Positions 30,232 through 42,858 of a DNA stretch of 57,604 nt are shown here, piece by piece. Every line of letters starts with the position of its first letter. Within the stretch, counting starts at the first letter, position 1. The notes under the pieces were generated by a model. The model was given only the letters and a program-made list of their open reading frames with translations. It ran no database searches and was not told the origin of the DNA. A program made the position numbers and the translations under genes. The DNA lies in contig RSEE01000071.1 in NCBI GenBank assembly GCA_003971905.1, forward strand, positions 310,001-367,604, read 5' to 3'. This DNA is from Moniliella sp. 'wahieum' (taxonomy: Eukaryota).

Positions 30232-32653
30232 ATGCTCCTCCTCTCCGCCGCGTCCCTCGGACGCTGCCAAGACAAGCCGCCTCCTGTCGACCCACCCGCC
30301 GCCGCCGCCGCCTACCCACGAGCACCTCATCCACGAGCGCCACGTCGGCATCCAGGCCTTCCTCGCCTCCGACCTCCCTCCCATCCATGCCACCATCAAA
30401 CAACGCTATTCCGACTTTCAAGTACGCGAACTGAGCCTCGACGGCTCCCTTTGCCGTCTGACTGCCGATGACCTGCTCCCTCCCCCCGGCCCATTACGTC
30501 TCTGTCTAGCCCGTGAGCAGGCCGAGTTCCACGACCAGCCCTAGTCGAAGAGCGCCGCGCCCGCCAAGCCGAAGAACAGCACCAGCGCGAGTCCGATGCC
30601 CAACTCGCTGTTTTACACGCATGGTCTTCTGATATGAGGTTCGCTTGATCGCTCTGGGATGGTCCACATCTGAGATTGGCGCGCTGCGCGAGCTCTGGAG
30701 AACCCACGAAGAAAGGGGCCGTGTTGTGCCACGCTCCTTTCGATCGAGATTTCGCGACAAGGTGCACAAGGAAATTTTCGATCTGTTCTATGGCCACCTC
30801 GTCTCTTTCACTGTGAATGAAGAAGGCCAGGAAGCTGGACCCCCACTTGCCCCCTCTCGTACCAGAGGAAAACGGAGACGATCCAGGGGCAACTTATTCC
30901 TTTCTTGCTGTCGCCTGGCCCAATGCCGAAGTCGATGAGCTGGGAGGGACAAAAGTGATCAAACGCGAACGCCGACCCCCTCGTGCGTCGCGCGAAACGG
31001 AACCCGATCATCCGCCCTACATCTCCTTCCTTATGCAAAAGTCCAACCGAGAGTCGGTGGAGGCTGCTGCCCTACTGACTCGCCGCCTGGGTATGCTTTC
31101 CAAGATCAGTACAGTATCCAGGTCGTTGAGTTTTGCAGGGACGAAGGACAAGCGGGCGGTGACTACCCAGGAAGTCGTACTCAAGCGCGGGAAGCGTACG
31201 TTGGAGGAAGTCTACTTGTTACTCAACCAAGTCTTTCGCTTGGCTGAGGCGATCCGCAACACCCCTTCCAGGACGGAGCTCACCGAGCCTACTAGCACTC
31301 CATCTGAATTTGATGAGGATAGGCATGCACGTTCCAGCATCCTCGAGGCCGTCACCAGGCGCGCCCCCAATCGGTCCGGGTGGGTCGATTTGCCTACGTC
31401 TCGTCAGACCTTCGTTTGGGTGACCTGAGTGGCAACCAGTTTATTGTCACCCTGCGCAACGTCAGTCGTCCTGGCTATGACGGCCCCGCCTCGTCTGACA
31501 CGGAGCTGATTGAGCTGATTCAGGCTTCGCTCGACTCGTTGCGCACCAAAGGGTTTATCAACTACTTTGGTCTGCAACGGTTTGGCACCACCAACGTCCC
31601 CACCTTCTCTGTTGGCGTTGCCATCTTCAAGGGCCAATATGAGCGGGCGGTCCAACTTATCATGGCGGACCGGCTGACAGACAATAACCTGGCCCGCAGC
31701 GCCCGCGAAGCATTTCGCTCCAACGACTTGTTCCGCTCCTATCACACTTTCCCGCCGTCGTACGTGAACGAACTTGCCATCGTCGGGCGTATGCTTGACA
31801 ATGAACGCAAAGAGCGACCCCACGACTGGTTCCTCGTGCTTCATTCCCTCTCACGCTCCATGCGTGTCATCTTCTGCCACTCTTACCAGAGCCTGGTGTG
31901 GAACCGGGTGTGACAGCGCGCCTACAAAGGGGACAGCACCCGCTCCCGGGGGACTATGTCCTGGCCCATCCTCAAAGAGACCGGATCCGGGACGAGAGCA
32001 CGCTGCCTGAGGTTAAGATCCTGACCGAGGAACGTGGGGAACTACTCGTTGGAGGACATCCTCATGCCGATGCCGGGAAGCCACGTCAAGGTGCCCGAGG
32101 ACACCTGGTTGGGGCAGACGCTGAAAGAGATCTACGCGGAGGACGGGATGAGCCAAGAGCAAATGTACGCATCCGAATGGAGAGAGTACCAAATGCGGGG
32201 CACCTACCGGTTCATGGTGGTCCGGCCTCGGAACCCGCGAGCCAAGCTGGTGCGCTACACTGATCCCGAAGTGGACCTTGCGGTCTCGGATGAGGATGCA
32301 GCGTTAGCGAGCTAGCCCAAAGGGGAATCGTGGGCCCCAAGCCGCCGCTCACGGCCGAAGAGGCTGCCCGGCGCGCCCGCCCACAGGAGAGTTTAGCATC
32401 GAGGGCGAGGCCCCTTTTTGGCATTGCAAGTCTGTTGGACCTACCGGGCTCTACGTACGCAACCATGGCCTTGCGGGAACTGCTCAGAACCGAGAGCACC
32501 TCGCCGCAAGTCCAGCGCCTGCTCACCCTCACTGGACCCGACCGCAAGTACCGTGGTTTGGGGCCGGACGCCCACCTCGGTAGCGAGGTCGCTCCGCCGC
32601 CCAGCCCAGAACAGCAAAAAAGGTTGGCTCTGCTGCGGCAGGATTTGCTTTAA
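30232..32653 (+). CDS. PUS7: TruD-family pseudouridine synthase Pus7
   Basis: IKQRYSDFQVRE, FAGTKDKRAVTTQ (catalytic Asp), LGDLSGNQFIVTLR, GFINYFGLQRFG, HSYQSLVWN, LPGSTYATMALRELL. Confidence 0.9.
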
Positions 32654-34245
32654 TGCATTACCTTCTCCAGCGTTTCCATCACTACGCGCTCATCCAGCTT
32701 GTTGGTAGACCAGTTGGACACAGCGAGGCGAATGGCCTCTCGCCCAAGGTAAGCGGTGCCAGTGACATACATCGACAAGGTCTCGTTGATCCTGTGAGCC
32801 AGCGCATGCGCACTTCCCTTTCGCGGGCGGAAGAGCACAATGGTGGTGCCCCAATGCTTGCTCCAGGGTTGGGCGCCCTCGCCATGCTCAGTTGGCGTGA
32901 GCACTTCATACCATTCCTCCTTTGAGCGCAGCCAATTGCGCACCACCTCAGCCGTCTTCACGTTGGCCGAGACGAGCTCGCGGAAGCCCTGCCTACCCTG
33001 CGACAGAAGAGAAACGTATAACGGCAACGCCCGGAACCGCCGAGAGTTTTCCTGGGACACGAGTGGATTAGATTCAAATTGGCTGCCATGACAGGAATGG
33101 CACGTACAATGTTCCGATGGAGTGGGCTAGGTTGGTTCAGGACTTCGCTCGGCAGATCACTGTCAACCTCGGGGGGGGTGAGGTAGGCAGCACTCTGTCC
33201 ACCTGGGCCGTAGGAGCGAGTCAGCCAAGCACCGCGGAGTGGGAACGATTGCTCGTTCCCGCCGCGGCGGAGGTAGAAGAGGCCGCAGTCGTAAGGTTGG
33301 TTGAGCGTCTTGTGTCCATCGGTCGTAACACTGTCGGCCAAATCGAGATGGGAGGCCACCCACTCCATCCCGTCAATCAGAGCCATAAAGCCACAGAAGG
33401 CGGCATCCACGTGAAGCCAAGCGCCATAGCGGGTGCACAATTCCCGCAACGCCGGGATCTGGGCGCTAAGCGCTCCTGTGTTCACTTCCCCCATGCCAAC
33501 AGTGACAGTACAGCCCCTTCCCTCCGTCTGAGACTGGGCGAGGTACGTTTCCACGCGCGCGAGGTCGAACTCGAGCGCCCGCGCCTGCGCCTCTACCGTC
33601 TCGCCCCCTGCAAGAGAAAAATCGAGCACGGCACGGCGCCCAAACCCGACCTGGGCTGCCGCTTTGCGGATGCTGGCGTGCGGCTGCGCTGCAAGAACAG
33701 TGATGGCCGGCGCACAAGCCAGGCCTTCTTCAGCAACACTGATCCCCCGCAGACGCTGACCCAGCGCCTCGCGGGCACAGGTAAGAGCAAGGATGTTGCT
33801 CGACGTCGCCCCTGTCGTCACGGTCCCTTCCCATGCATCAGATAGACCCATGAGCTGCCGTGCCATGGTCACCGCCAGGCGCTCCACGTGTGTGCTGATG
33901 CTTTCCAAGGGAAGATGGACCTGTACGTTCTGGTCGAACAGGCTGGTGAGCCAGTCAGACAAAAGGGCCTCCGGCAGCACCCCGCCGGTCACAAATCCAA
34001 AGTACCGCGGCCCCATCTGCCCGGGATAGAGCAGGGAGGAGTGTGTTGTGCACCAGCCGAAATGTCGTGGACAGGCCCAAGCCCGTTTCGGACAGGCTGG
34101 GAGGAAGATCGCGCACCGCCTGCTCGATCACACTGGGGGAAGCGGTGGTGGGCAGATCGTCCAGACTGCGGTACCTACCGGCCGCCAGGGACGCAATCTG
34201 CGAGACTTCCTGCTCAAATTCGTTGGACGCATGCCCCTCCGACAT
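32650..34245 (-). CDS. Group II PLP-dependent amino-acid decarboxylase
   Basis: GPRYFGFVTGG, TTGATSSN, HASIRKAA, WLHVDAAF, DGHKTLN (PLP Lys), ENSRRFRALPLY, IRLAVSNWST. Intron at 33052-33107. Substrate cannot be determined. Confidence 0.9.
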
Positions 34246-34841
34246 GGCGGACAACGGGCAAGGTACAGAGGAGGGCGATGACAGGAGGAAGCTGTCAATC
34301 GAGTGCTGCCCGAGATAGTTTTGTGCCGTGCTTTCAAGGGCGAGAAATTAGGACAACGTCAGGTTGAGGCGCTAGACGTGGGTTATCGGGTAACCCTATT
34401 GTGCGCTATGGCTATGGGGCGCGGCTGTGTGTCCCATGTCAAGTCCGGCACTATGTCCACGGATATAGCACTGGGAGATCTGGGACGAGCGGTCGCGAGA
34501 CGCGGGAGGCTTCATGAAGTGCAGACATCAAAGGTGGGAGCAAGCAGGCTGCCCAGTCCATATTCCATGACGTTCAGAGCCGCCCTGCCGTCGAAGGAGT
34601 TGGTGGTGTTGGTCTGGGCCAGCGCTAGGGTTGCTACGGGGGGCAGTGTTGCCCCTGTGCGCGCGCACCAGCGTGAGAGTGGCGCTGCGCCGGGGCCGTT
34701 CTGTCGGATTCAATTTTTCCAAGCCCAGAATGCCATTTGGGCTCTGCGATCTCGTCGCCACTGGACCGGTGGTCCGTTGCAACACTCCGCCACCCAACCA
34801 CCCCCCCGCCCGTTTCGTAGCTTCTAGCCGCCCGCACCGCC

Positions 34842-35675
34842 ATGTCTGCTACTGAGCCCAAGAACGACCCGCTTGCCTCCACTGGCAACGACCCCGGCGA
34901 GGAGAACGACCCCCACTATGAGCCGGTCATCAAGCTTGAGAAGCAGGTCGAAACCAAGACGTTTGAGGAGGACGAGAACGTGGTGTACAAAGTGTACGTT
35001 TCCGCCCACTTGCAGCCTTGGGCCAAGGCAGTTTTGTGTGCTTCATTCAGCGTGCTGCGTACTAACTTTGGTCGTGCAGCCGTGCCAAGCTGTTCCGCTT
35101 CGACGCCGAGGGTAAGCAATGGAAGGAGAGGGGCACTGGGGATGTGCGTCTGCTCCAGCACAAGGACACGAAGAAGGTCCGTGTTGTGATGCGGCGAGAC
35201 AAGACTCTCAAGGTTTGCGCGAACCACTACAGTATGTATTTTGTATTTCTCTGTCACTTGCCCAGCTGGGGTGCTAGAGATGAGTTGCTAATTCTGTTGG
35301 ACAGTTACCCCGGACATTGAGCTCAAGCCCAACGTTTCGTCCGACCGGTCGTGGGTGTACAACGTCGCGGCCGATGTGTCAGACGGCGAACCTGAAGCGG
35401 AGACCCTTGCCATTCGCTTTGCCAACGCGGAGAGTACGTATTTAGGCTTATTTATTTGGGGGAGATTGGTACTGACATTTCTTCCCGTAGACGCCCAGTC
35501 GTTCAAGGCTGCCTTTGAGAAGGCGCAGAAGGGTGAGGTGATGGATGGAAACTGTGAGAAGCAGTCCAAGGAGGAGTCCAAGGAGGAGGCCAAGGAGGAG
35601 CCCAAGGAGGAGGCTAAGGAGGCCCCGAAGGAGGAGGCTAAGGAGGAGAAGCCTGCCGAGGAGAAGAAGGAGTAG
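34842..35675 (+). CDS. YRB1: Ran-binding protein 1
   Basis: [55 protein letters not shown]. Introns at 34994-35079, 35232-35304 and 35434-35490. KEE(A/S/P) repeat tail. Confidence 0.95.
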
Positions 35676-36096
35676 TAAAGTTCTTTCCCTGTATCCCACA
35701 GAAGCGTTGGTCAGGCCTGTGATGGATGTTTGTTTGCTTCCCCATTGAGCTTCACTCTGCACTCCGAAGCCGCTGGCGAGAAGGCCTGAAGCCTGAAGCT
35801 TCCTGGTTCCATGTCCTTGCATTGCGAAGCACATCAGCCATGACGTGTGGTGTGCCGTCAGATCTGAGATAGCACCTACGAAGATGCTGGTGTTTGGTAG
35901 CCGTTTGGGACTTGCACGCGCCCTGGTGGCGGGCGGCGTGTGGATGGATTCGGATGGACGTGGATGCGTAGAACGTTGAACGTTGAAATTTGAATATTCA
36001 GCCCGCAAATGTTGGGGCCGAGCAGACTCGATCCTTGGATGTTTTGACTTGAACATTTGGTTTGCGTCCTAACCACCATCCTGCGTGCTCGTCGCC

Positions 36097-38500
36097 ATGG
36101 TCGACGCCATGGACGTGGACGAACGCGTCGGGGAGCACACGACGAGCCCTCATCATCAACTGCCCACCCGTCCCGTTCCCACTCCGGAGGACGCAAGCCT
36201 CGAAACGGTGCCACTGCAGACGCTGCCCACTCGCCATCTGTTTGCCATTGAGTACCCCGGACGCATCCGTCCACCACCCCGCGACGCACAGGGCAACATC
36301 GCGCCTTCGCAGGGCCCCACCGGACTCGAACGGGCGCTGGCAACACTGGCTCCTGAAGCCCCTCCCCTTTCCAACCCCACCACCGCGCTCAAACACATTG
36401 CCTCCCTTGTGGAGCAGAAGGCGACTGTGCTCGAGTGTCGGCTAGGGGCGCCCTATCAACCTGCCGAGGGCGGAGCGCCCCTCGCTCTAGACGCAAGCAT
36501 GTTCCGTTCACCGCTCCTGGGAGCTATTCTCCCCACCAACAATCCCGTCATACGCATCCGTCGTCGACGATGGAGGCGTAAGCGCCGCGATGGCACCCAA
36601 GGCGACGAGGTGGTCAAGGAGTATACGACTGACTTTGTTGGCGCTGCCCTCGAGACGACCCGGTTTCGTGCCATGGCAGATTATGTCTACGACCCTCCAG
36701 TCGGGAAAATCAGTCTTGATCATGATTCGGTTGTCACAGCGAATTTGACTGAGGGCCTTACTCGTACGCCTCCCTTTTGGGATTCGCATGGCAAACAGAG
36801 CATGATCATCATCCAGCCCCGCCATCCGACCTTTTGGACGACCCCCACGACACAGTCTTGTTTCGTCGCCAGACCAGAGGGGACAATAGTGTACCGCAAG
36901 CTATGCGATTACTTGCTGCTCTGACTACCATGAATTCTGAGGCCATGCGATCGTTCAAGTTTGATCCGGAGATGCAGAGTACCAAGCACCTGACCTAGCG
37001 GGGGAAATGAAGGCCGAAGCTTGCTCCAACTCGTCCCTCCACCTCGGTTTACTGACCAAAATCCACCCTTTCCTTACTGTATGCTACCTCCCCACCCACC
37101 CCTGGCGATCAGAGGAACGCCGCTGACGTGTCTTTTACTTCAGCTACAAGCAAGCCAGTAACTCGATTATCGTGGAGAAGGTGGGCTCTGACGGGAATGT
37201 GGTGCGGCGCTGGGAGAGCCAATCGGGTTACCGCGGATTTGCTCCCGTCCCTTGGCGTTTCGTGACTCAGACGGCAAGACGTCAGACGCAGGCGCTCCCT
37301 TGATTGTTTCTATCGATCTGTACCTGTCCGGCCTACTGCGGTGGTCGCGAGAACGTCCAATGGCGCGCGCAGGTGTCCTGGCGCATCTCGAAAAAACTCT
37401 TGATCAGGAACCGATGTGGCCCGTCCTGCGCTCTTGGCAGCACTTGCTGCACAAACTGGTCCGGTGCAAGTCGTGCGCGACGGCAAAACAGTAGAGCTAG
37501 GGATCGAGCCAGGGAAGGAGTATGGCCTCCGACTCCACCGTCTGGTGGCTACCTCGAAGCTCTATCTTCCCTTGATCTGTTATACTATCACCGACAGTCC
37601 GTGGCGCGACGTACTGGTTCGATTCGGGTACGATGTGCGCAAGAATCCCGCCGCCCGCTTTTCACAACGAATCGGGTTCCGGCCTACAGGGCGCAAGGGG
37701 TACGCCCGTAGCCGCAAGTTGACCTATGCGTATGGAGCGGACGAGCGCGAGCCTGTGCGCAAGGGCAAGCGCAGACAGGTTTCTGATGTTCTGCCCGACC
37801 CAGAAGAGGGGACAGCGGAGGAAGCCGAGCGGGACAGTCCCGAGGATGCAAGAGACGAAGATGAAGATAAGATGGACATGTATGTTTTTCCTCTTCTTGG
37901 GAGCGATCGTACTAACGCCTCCCTTTTCTCAGGCACTCCCATATTTGATGGTCAACATGTTGGGCCGAACGCCACCTCCTTCTTGGTGCGCGACGTGATC
38001 GACCCGGACATGCAATTCTTGATCCAGGACGACAGTCCCGCCGCCCTGCGTTCCACCCTGATGTGACGACGGGGTGGTACACGGAGTACCAATGGGAGGT
38101 GATCCGGGAGGTGCTGGGCACCAAGTACCGCAAGTTGGTCGAGGAGCAGCGGCCAGCACCAACTGGGATTTGCGGAGCACCATCAAGGGCGTGCGCACCC
38201 GGTTCCGCCGTGCTGGCCTGGCCGTGCCGCCGCTGACGTCGTCGAGCCTGTTTGGGCTGGAGGCGGGCGACATGGACGAGCAGGACGAGGATGCGCTGCT
38301 GGACGAGCCGGATCTGGAGCAGTCGTTTGTGCGCGCCAGGCGCTGGTCTCGGGTGCGCCCACGGGCACGAGGCGGCACCGGACCGTGCGGGAGGGGTTCC
38401 GGGTGTCGTGGCAGTAATTCTATGGCTGGGGGACATGGGCAAACGTTGTTGAAGCTTGCAGGACAATGAGGACAGTGAGGACAGTGAGGCCAATGGGTTC
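36097..38500 (+). CDS. TFC1: RNA polymerase III transcription factor TFIIIC tau95 subunit (Tfc1/Sfc1/GTF3C5)
   Basis: FAIEYPG, RFRAMADY, PPPRF, SPWRDVLVRFGYDVRKNP, IFDG. Introns about 37079-37143 and about 37880-37932. The 3' end is approximate. Confidence 0.8.
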
Positions 38501-38708
38501 ATGACGTCCAGGAAGTGGACTGGGCAGCAGGCAGTTGAAATGTTCACTGCGGGGAAATTTGTCAGCGCAGGACAGGAGTTGATCGTTTCAATTCGGGTGT
38601 TCTTCCGCGGTGAGCAGTGCCCCGAAAGAACCCAAAGGCCGACCAGAACGAGAGACTCACCTCCGCCCTCGCCTCTGCCCCATCGCCCTCGCCACCCCCA
38701 CGCCCACC

Positions 38709-40456
38709 ATGGCCATGTCGCCCGTCATGGCCTCGGCCATCGCGCCACGCAGCGCTGTTATGCGTATGGACTCGGCACACATGGATGCCGGACGTGTGCA
38801 GTCCACCCTGCGACGTCGGCCTCGGCCGTTCGCCCGCGGTTGCTCCACACTTCGCTCCGCACCCCAAACACCAAACCTACCTTCACCGCCTCCACCTCCC
38901 CCCCCCCCCTAATCCCAGCCCCAAGCCAGACCCTGATCCCAACACTGACTCTGAATCCTATCACTGGGACCCGAATCTCCCGCTACACAGTATGTGATAA
39001 TCCTTTTCCTGCTCGGCGCCATGCTCACGCTGCCCTTCCTTTTGCTACTCAGAAAAGGTCCACAAGGCTTACCGCTACTTCGAGATCCCCTTTCCCGTCG
39101 CTCTCGCAGCTCTTGTTCTTGTGGGTACCAGTTCAAGACCCACGTGTATGACGTCCACGCTCAGAAGCATGGCTTGGCCACGGTGATGCTGCGCGGGTCG
39201 ATGCATCAGGCCAAGTCATCCCTTCGCACCAACGCATTTCGTTGATTGTCTACAGCGCCTTGCCCCTCAATGCCATCTCGCGCATCTGGGGCTGGGCTAA
39301 TGAGCTGACGCTGCCCGTGTGGCTCCGTCCGTACGGGTTCAAGCTATACAGCACCATCTTTGGTTGCAACCTGGACGAGATGGCCGATCCCGACCTGACC
39401 CACTACCGTAACCTCGCCGAGTTTTTCTACCGCCAAATCAAATCCGATGCCCGACCATCGCTAAAGACACCCCTCTCGTTTCTCCCGCCGATGGAAAGGT
39501 CCTTCACTTTGGCCGGGTCGACTCGGAGCAGCGCCAAGTGGAGCAAGTCAAGGGCATTACCTACTCCCTCGACGCTTTCTGGGATTGAGCCAGCCCCCAG
39601 CTGCCCTGACACGCCCAAGGGGGAGATGCGTGTGCAAGACGAAGAAAAGTTTGCCCGGGTGAACGGGATCGATTACTCGGTTGGTGCTCTTTGGGTGAAA
39701 GCCCAGCCCACAGCCATCGCCCCCGCCTCCTCCGGCCAGCTGGTGGAAGAGCTGGGTCATGGCCCAGCCGGGCGAAGGGAAGCGGCCATCGCCTGTCCCA
39801 GCCCCTCAGGGTAAGCAGGTCGGAGAGGCGGGCATGCCGGAGCGCAAAGAAGACAGTCTCACCCACAGTGTGGAAGTGGCAGATCCATGGGCCCTGTGGC
39901 TGCTCTCCCGCCGCTGGGGCCTACAGCGGTGGTATCCAAACCCAAGAGGGTAAGACTTTTCTTTGCTGTTGTCTACCTTGCCCCAGGGACTACCATCACT
40001 TCCACAGCCCAGCCTCATGGGTTGTCGAGCGTCGTCGCCATTCCGTGGGGAACTCTACAGTATCTCCCTGGATGGCCGAACGGTGCCCAACCTGTTTGTG
40101 CTTAATGAGCGGGTGTCGCTCCTGGGTCGCTGGCGGCACGGCTTCTTCTCGATGGTACCTGTAGGGGCGACCAACGTGGGATCCATCAAGATCAACTTTG
40201 ACCAGGACTTGAAGACAAACACCCCCCGCCACCACGCAGCGCATGTCGACACTTTGGCCCCGGGCTCTTACGCTGAGGCAACCTACCAATCTGCCAGTCG
40301 CCTTCTTGGTGGGCAACCGCTAGCCCAGGGCGACGAAGTTGGTGGCTTCTTGCTGGGATCCACAGTCGTACTCCTCTTTGAGGCCCCAGACTCGTTCGCT
40401 TCACTGTCGAGCCAGGACAAAAGGTGCATGTGGGCGAGGCTATGGGCGTGCTCTGA
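38709..40456 (+). CDS. PSD1: Mitochondrial phosphatidylserine decarboxylase proenzyme
   Basis: [63 protein letters not shown], autocleavage motif LGST. Arg-rich N-terminus. Confidence 0.92.
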
Positions 40457-40684
40457 GCAGCGCAGGCTGCGTTTCCTCTCTTCTAAATTGTACTCGTACA
40501 CCCAGGGAACCCTACTATATGCCCATCATCTGCATCATCTGTTTAGTTCTTGGAAGATGGGTGGTGAGAACGAGGGGGAAATAACGGCTACAGGGTTTAA
40601 ACGTAGGTGCATAGTGTGGACAACGTGGAGGAAAGCTTGAACCGCTTTAGCCCCTGAACTGCCGGCGGCATATAAGAACGTGCC

Positions 40685-41145
40685 GTGTCTGTCATCTGGT
40701 TCTCCCAAACCTCCAGCTCCATCCCTAAGCTCTCATCGCAGGCTGATCTGGAACCCACCAATCACCAACCCGTCGCTGGTGCTACCTTCGTGGCTGGTGT
40801 GCCCATGGTCATAAATGGTACGTCTTTTGCGCTCTCCACAGCTCTCTTGGTATTTCCCCCCTTCGAGCAACTCACCATTTCAGGGACATCACCCACGTCC
40901 CGGATGGCGTCACCTTGACGCTCTCGTGACGATCAAGCTGGGCTACGATGATGGCGGCAGTGGTGGTCTGCACGAATATTGGACCCTGGTACGCCGAGAC
41001 CAATGTTCCCCTTCGTGTGGCCATGCGATGGTTCAGTTGCCCGACAACCTCCAGACCCGCAGACGATTACATCTGCGTCGTCATGGGCGACTCGGGTAAT
41101 GCCAGTGGCAAATTCAAGATTGTGCCCAAGCCGTCGTGGGCGTGA
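40685..41145 (+). CDS. Small basidiomycete secreted-type protein (Kre9/Knh1-N or Ser-Thr GPI-like beta-domain)
   Basis: IWNPPIT.P..G, W|DITHVP across a GTACGT...CTCAC...TTCAG intron (about 40818-40883), KLGY, DDYICVVMGDSGNASGKFKI. TATA-like element at 40670. No clear ATG or signal peptide visible. Confidence 0.5.
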
Positions 41146-41711
41146 TGGCCAAGGTAATCGAACGCAACAGTCCATGCCCTCTGCAGAATTATCTCTTCCT
41201 TTTGAACACTTGTCGCCAGATGAGTAGCCATGCATACCTAAAGGTTTGGCGGTAGTGTCGGCCTCTTCGCCTTTGGAGGGCTGGAAGCGATGATGGCCTC
41301 TGACTCAACTTTCTCCTTGTTCAGTATCTGGAAACCGCTGCTACTTGCTGGGCACATGCTCGTTCCCAGCGAGCAACGGGGGTTAAATGGGTTAAACGTT
41401 AAATGGGGTCAGGCCCAGGTCACCGGTCAGGAGGGTGGGTGTGTGACCGGTGATGTTGCACGTGAAGGTCACCTGACCGACCACCGATTCTGATCCCCGT
41501 GAGATCTAAGGAACAGAACCACAAAATTACGAACCCTACCTTGGTACACTACAAATGCTGCGGCAAATTATCCGCTGTGAGTATACTACACTGCCCCCGT
41601 ACGTGGGGCGTACGAGGGTAGTTAACCCTACTTCTGCTGCGAATGGGGGGGGGGCGTAGTGGTGGCTTCTCTTTGCACTTCTGTTTGCCCAGCACCACCG
41701 CCAAGACCGCC

Positions 41712-41918
41712 ATGCCCACCCGTCTCCACAACACCCGCAAGCACCGCGGCCACGTTTCCTCGGGTCACGGCCGTATCGGGTGCGTGCCCTGCCTCCTTCT
41801 TGATCCTGTTGGCCCCCCTGTACTGACCGCTTTGCTTTCGTCTACAGCAAGCACCGCAAGCACCCGGGTGGTCGTGGTCTTGCTGGTGGTCAGCACCACC
41901 ACCGTACCAACTTTGACA

Positions 41919-41955
<37 letters not shown>

Positions 41956-42223
41956 CCACTTCCACCAGCTTGACAACCACTACTGGCGCCCTGTGATCAA
42001 CCTGGACAAGCTCTGGACTCTGGTTCCGGCCTCGGCTCGCGAGGGCCTGACCGCCTCGTCGACCGAGGTGCCCGTGATTGACACCCTGGCTGCTGGCTAC
42101 GGTAAGGTGCTAGCCAAGGGCAACCTGCCCAAGCTTCCTTTCATTGTCAAGGCCCGCTTTGTCTCGGCCGCGGCGGAATACAAGATCAAGGAGGCTGGCG
42201 GTGTCATCCAGCTGGTTGCCTAA
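41712..42223 (+). CDS. RPL28: 60S ribosomal protein uL15 (L28/L27a)
   Basis: [59 protein letters not shown]. Intron at 41780-41847; intact frame. Confidence 0.97.
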
Positions 42224-42858
42224 GCTTCTCCTAGCTACTCTGCTTTGCCTGGGCATCTGCTGCCAGGGTGGGTGAGCCTCGACGGTACCGGTGCCGGTAC
42301 GGGTTGGACCTCAAGAATGTGGGGAATGGGGCGGAGCAACCTGTCGCTAGAAACTCGGCTCCACCTCTGCACCTCATGGATCTCCCGCTATTGGTTTACC
42401 GGCTGCCATGGGCGCGCTTTGCACTATGCTCCTCTATGTACGCCTTACCTGGGCGCATCTACGACCCCCAAAATGCTATCCCCCATCTAGCAGCCCCATT
42501 CGTGGTCACGCCATAGGTATTCACGGTTGAAACAGTGGTACTTCTCAGGCAAGTACCAAAAGGCGGCGAACTTTTAAACGGGGAGTACGATAACGAAAGG
42601 AAGGGAGGGGGGGGGGAGACGAGGTATGCTGGGTGCTAGTGACAAACAATGCTGCTGCCTGGCCCATTCAACCGAGATGATTGCTTTTTGAAGCAACAAC
42701 GAACCCGTTGACCGCGAGGCCTCAGGTTGCTCCGCCATGAGGTAGAGTGGAAACTGAGGCATAGATCTCGGCAATCGATCGTTGCTGTGTAGCTTCATAA
42801 AACATCATCTCGGATGAAGGTGGGACAGGCAGCAGCATCGGCCCCCAATAGCACCCGA

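Noticed and set aside
41880..41905. Cycloheximide-resistance allele in RPL28
   Set aside because: The GGQHHH Gln corresponding to the yeast CYH2 site is the wild-type residue.
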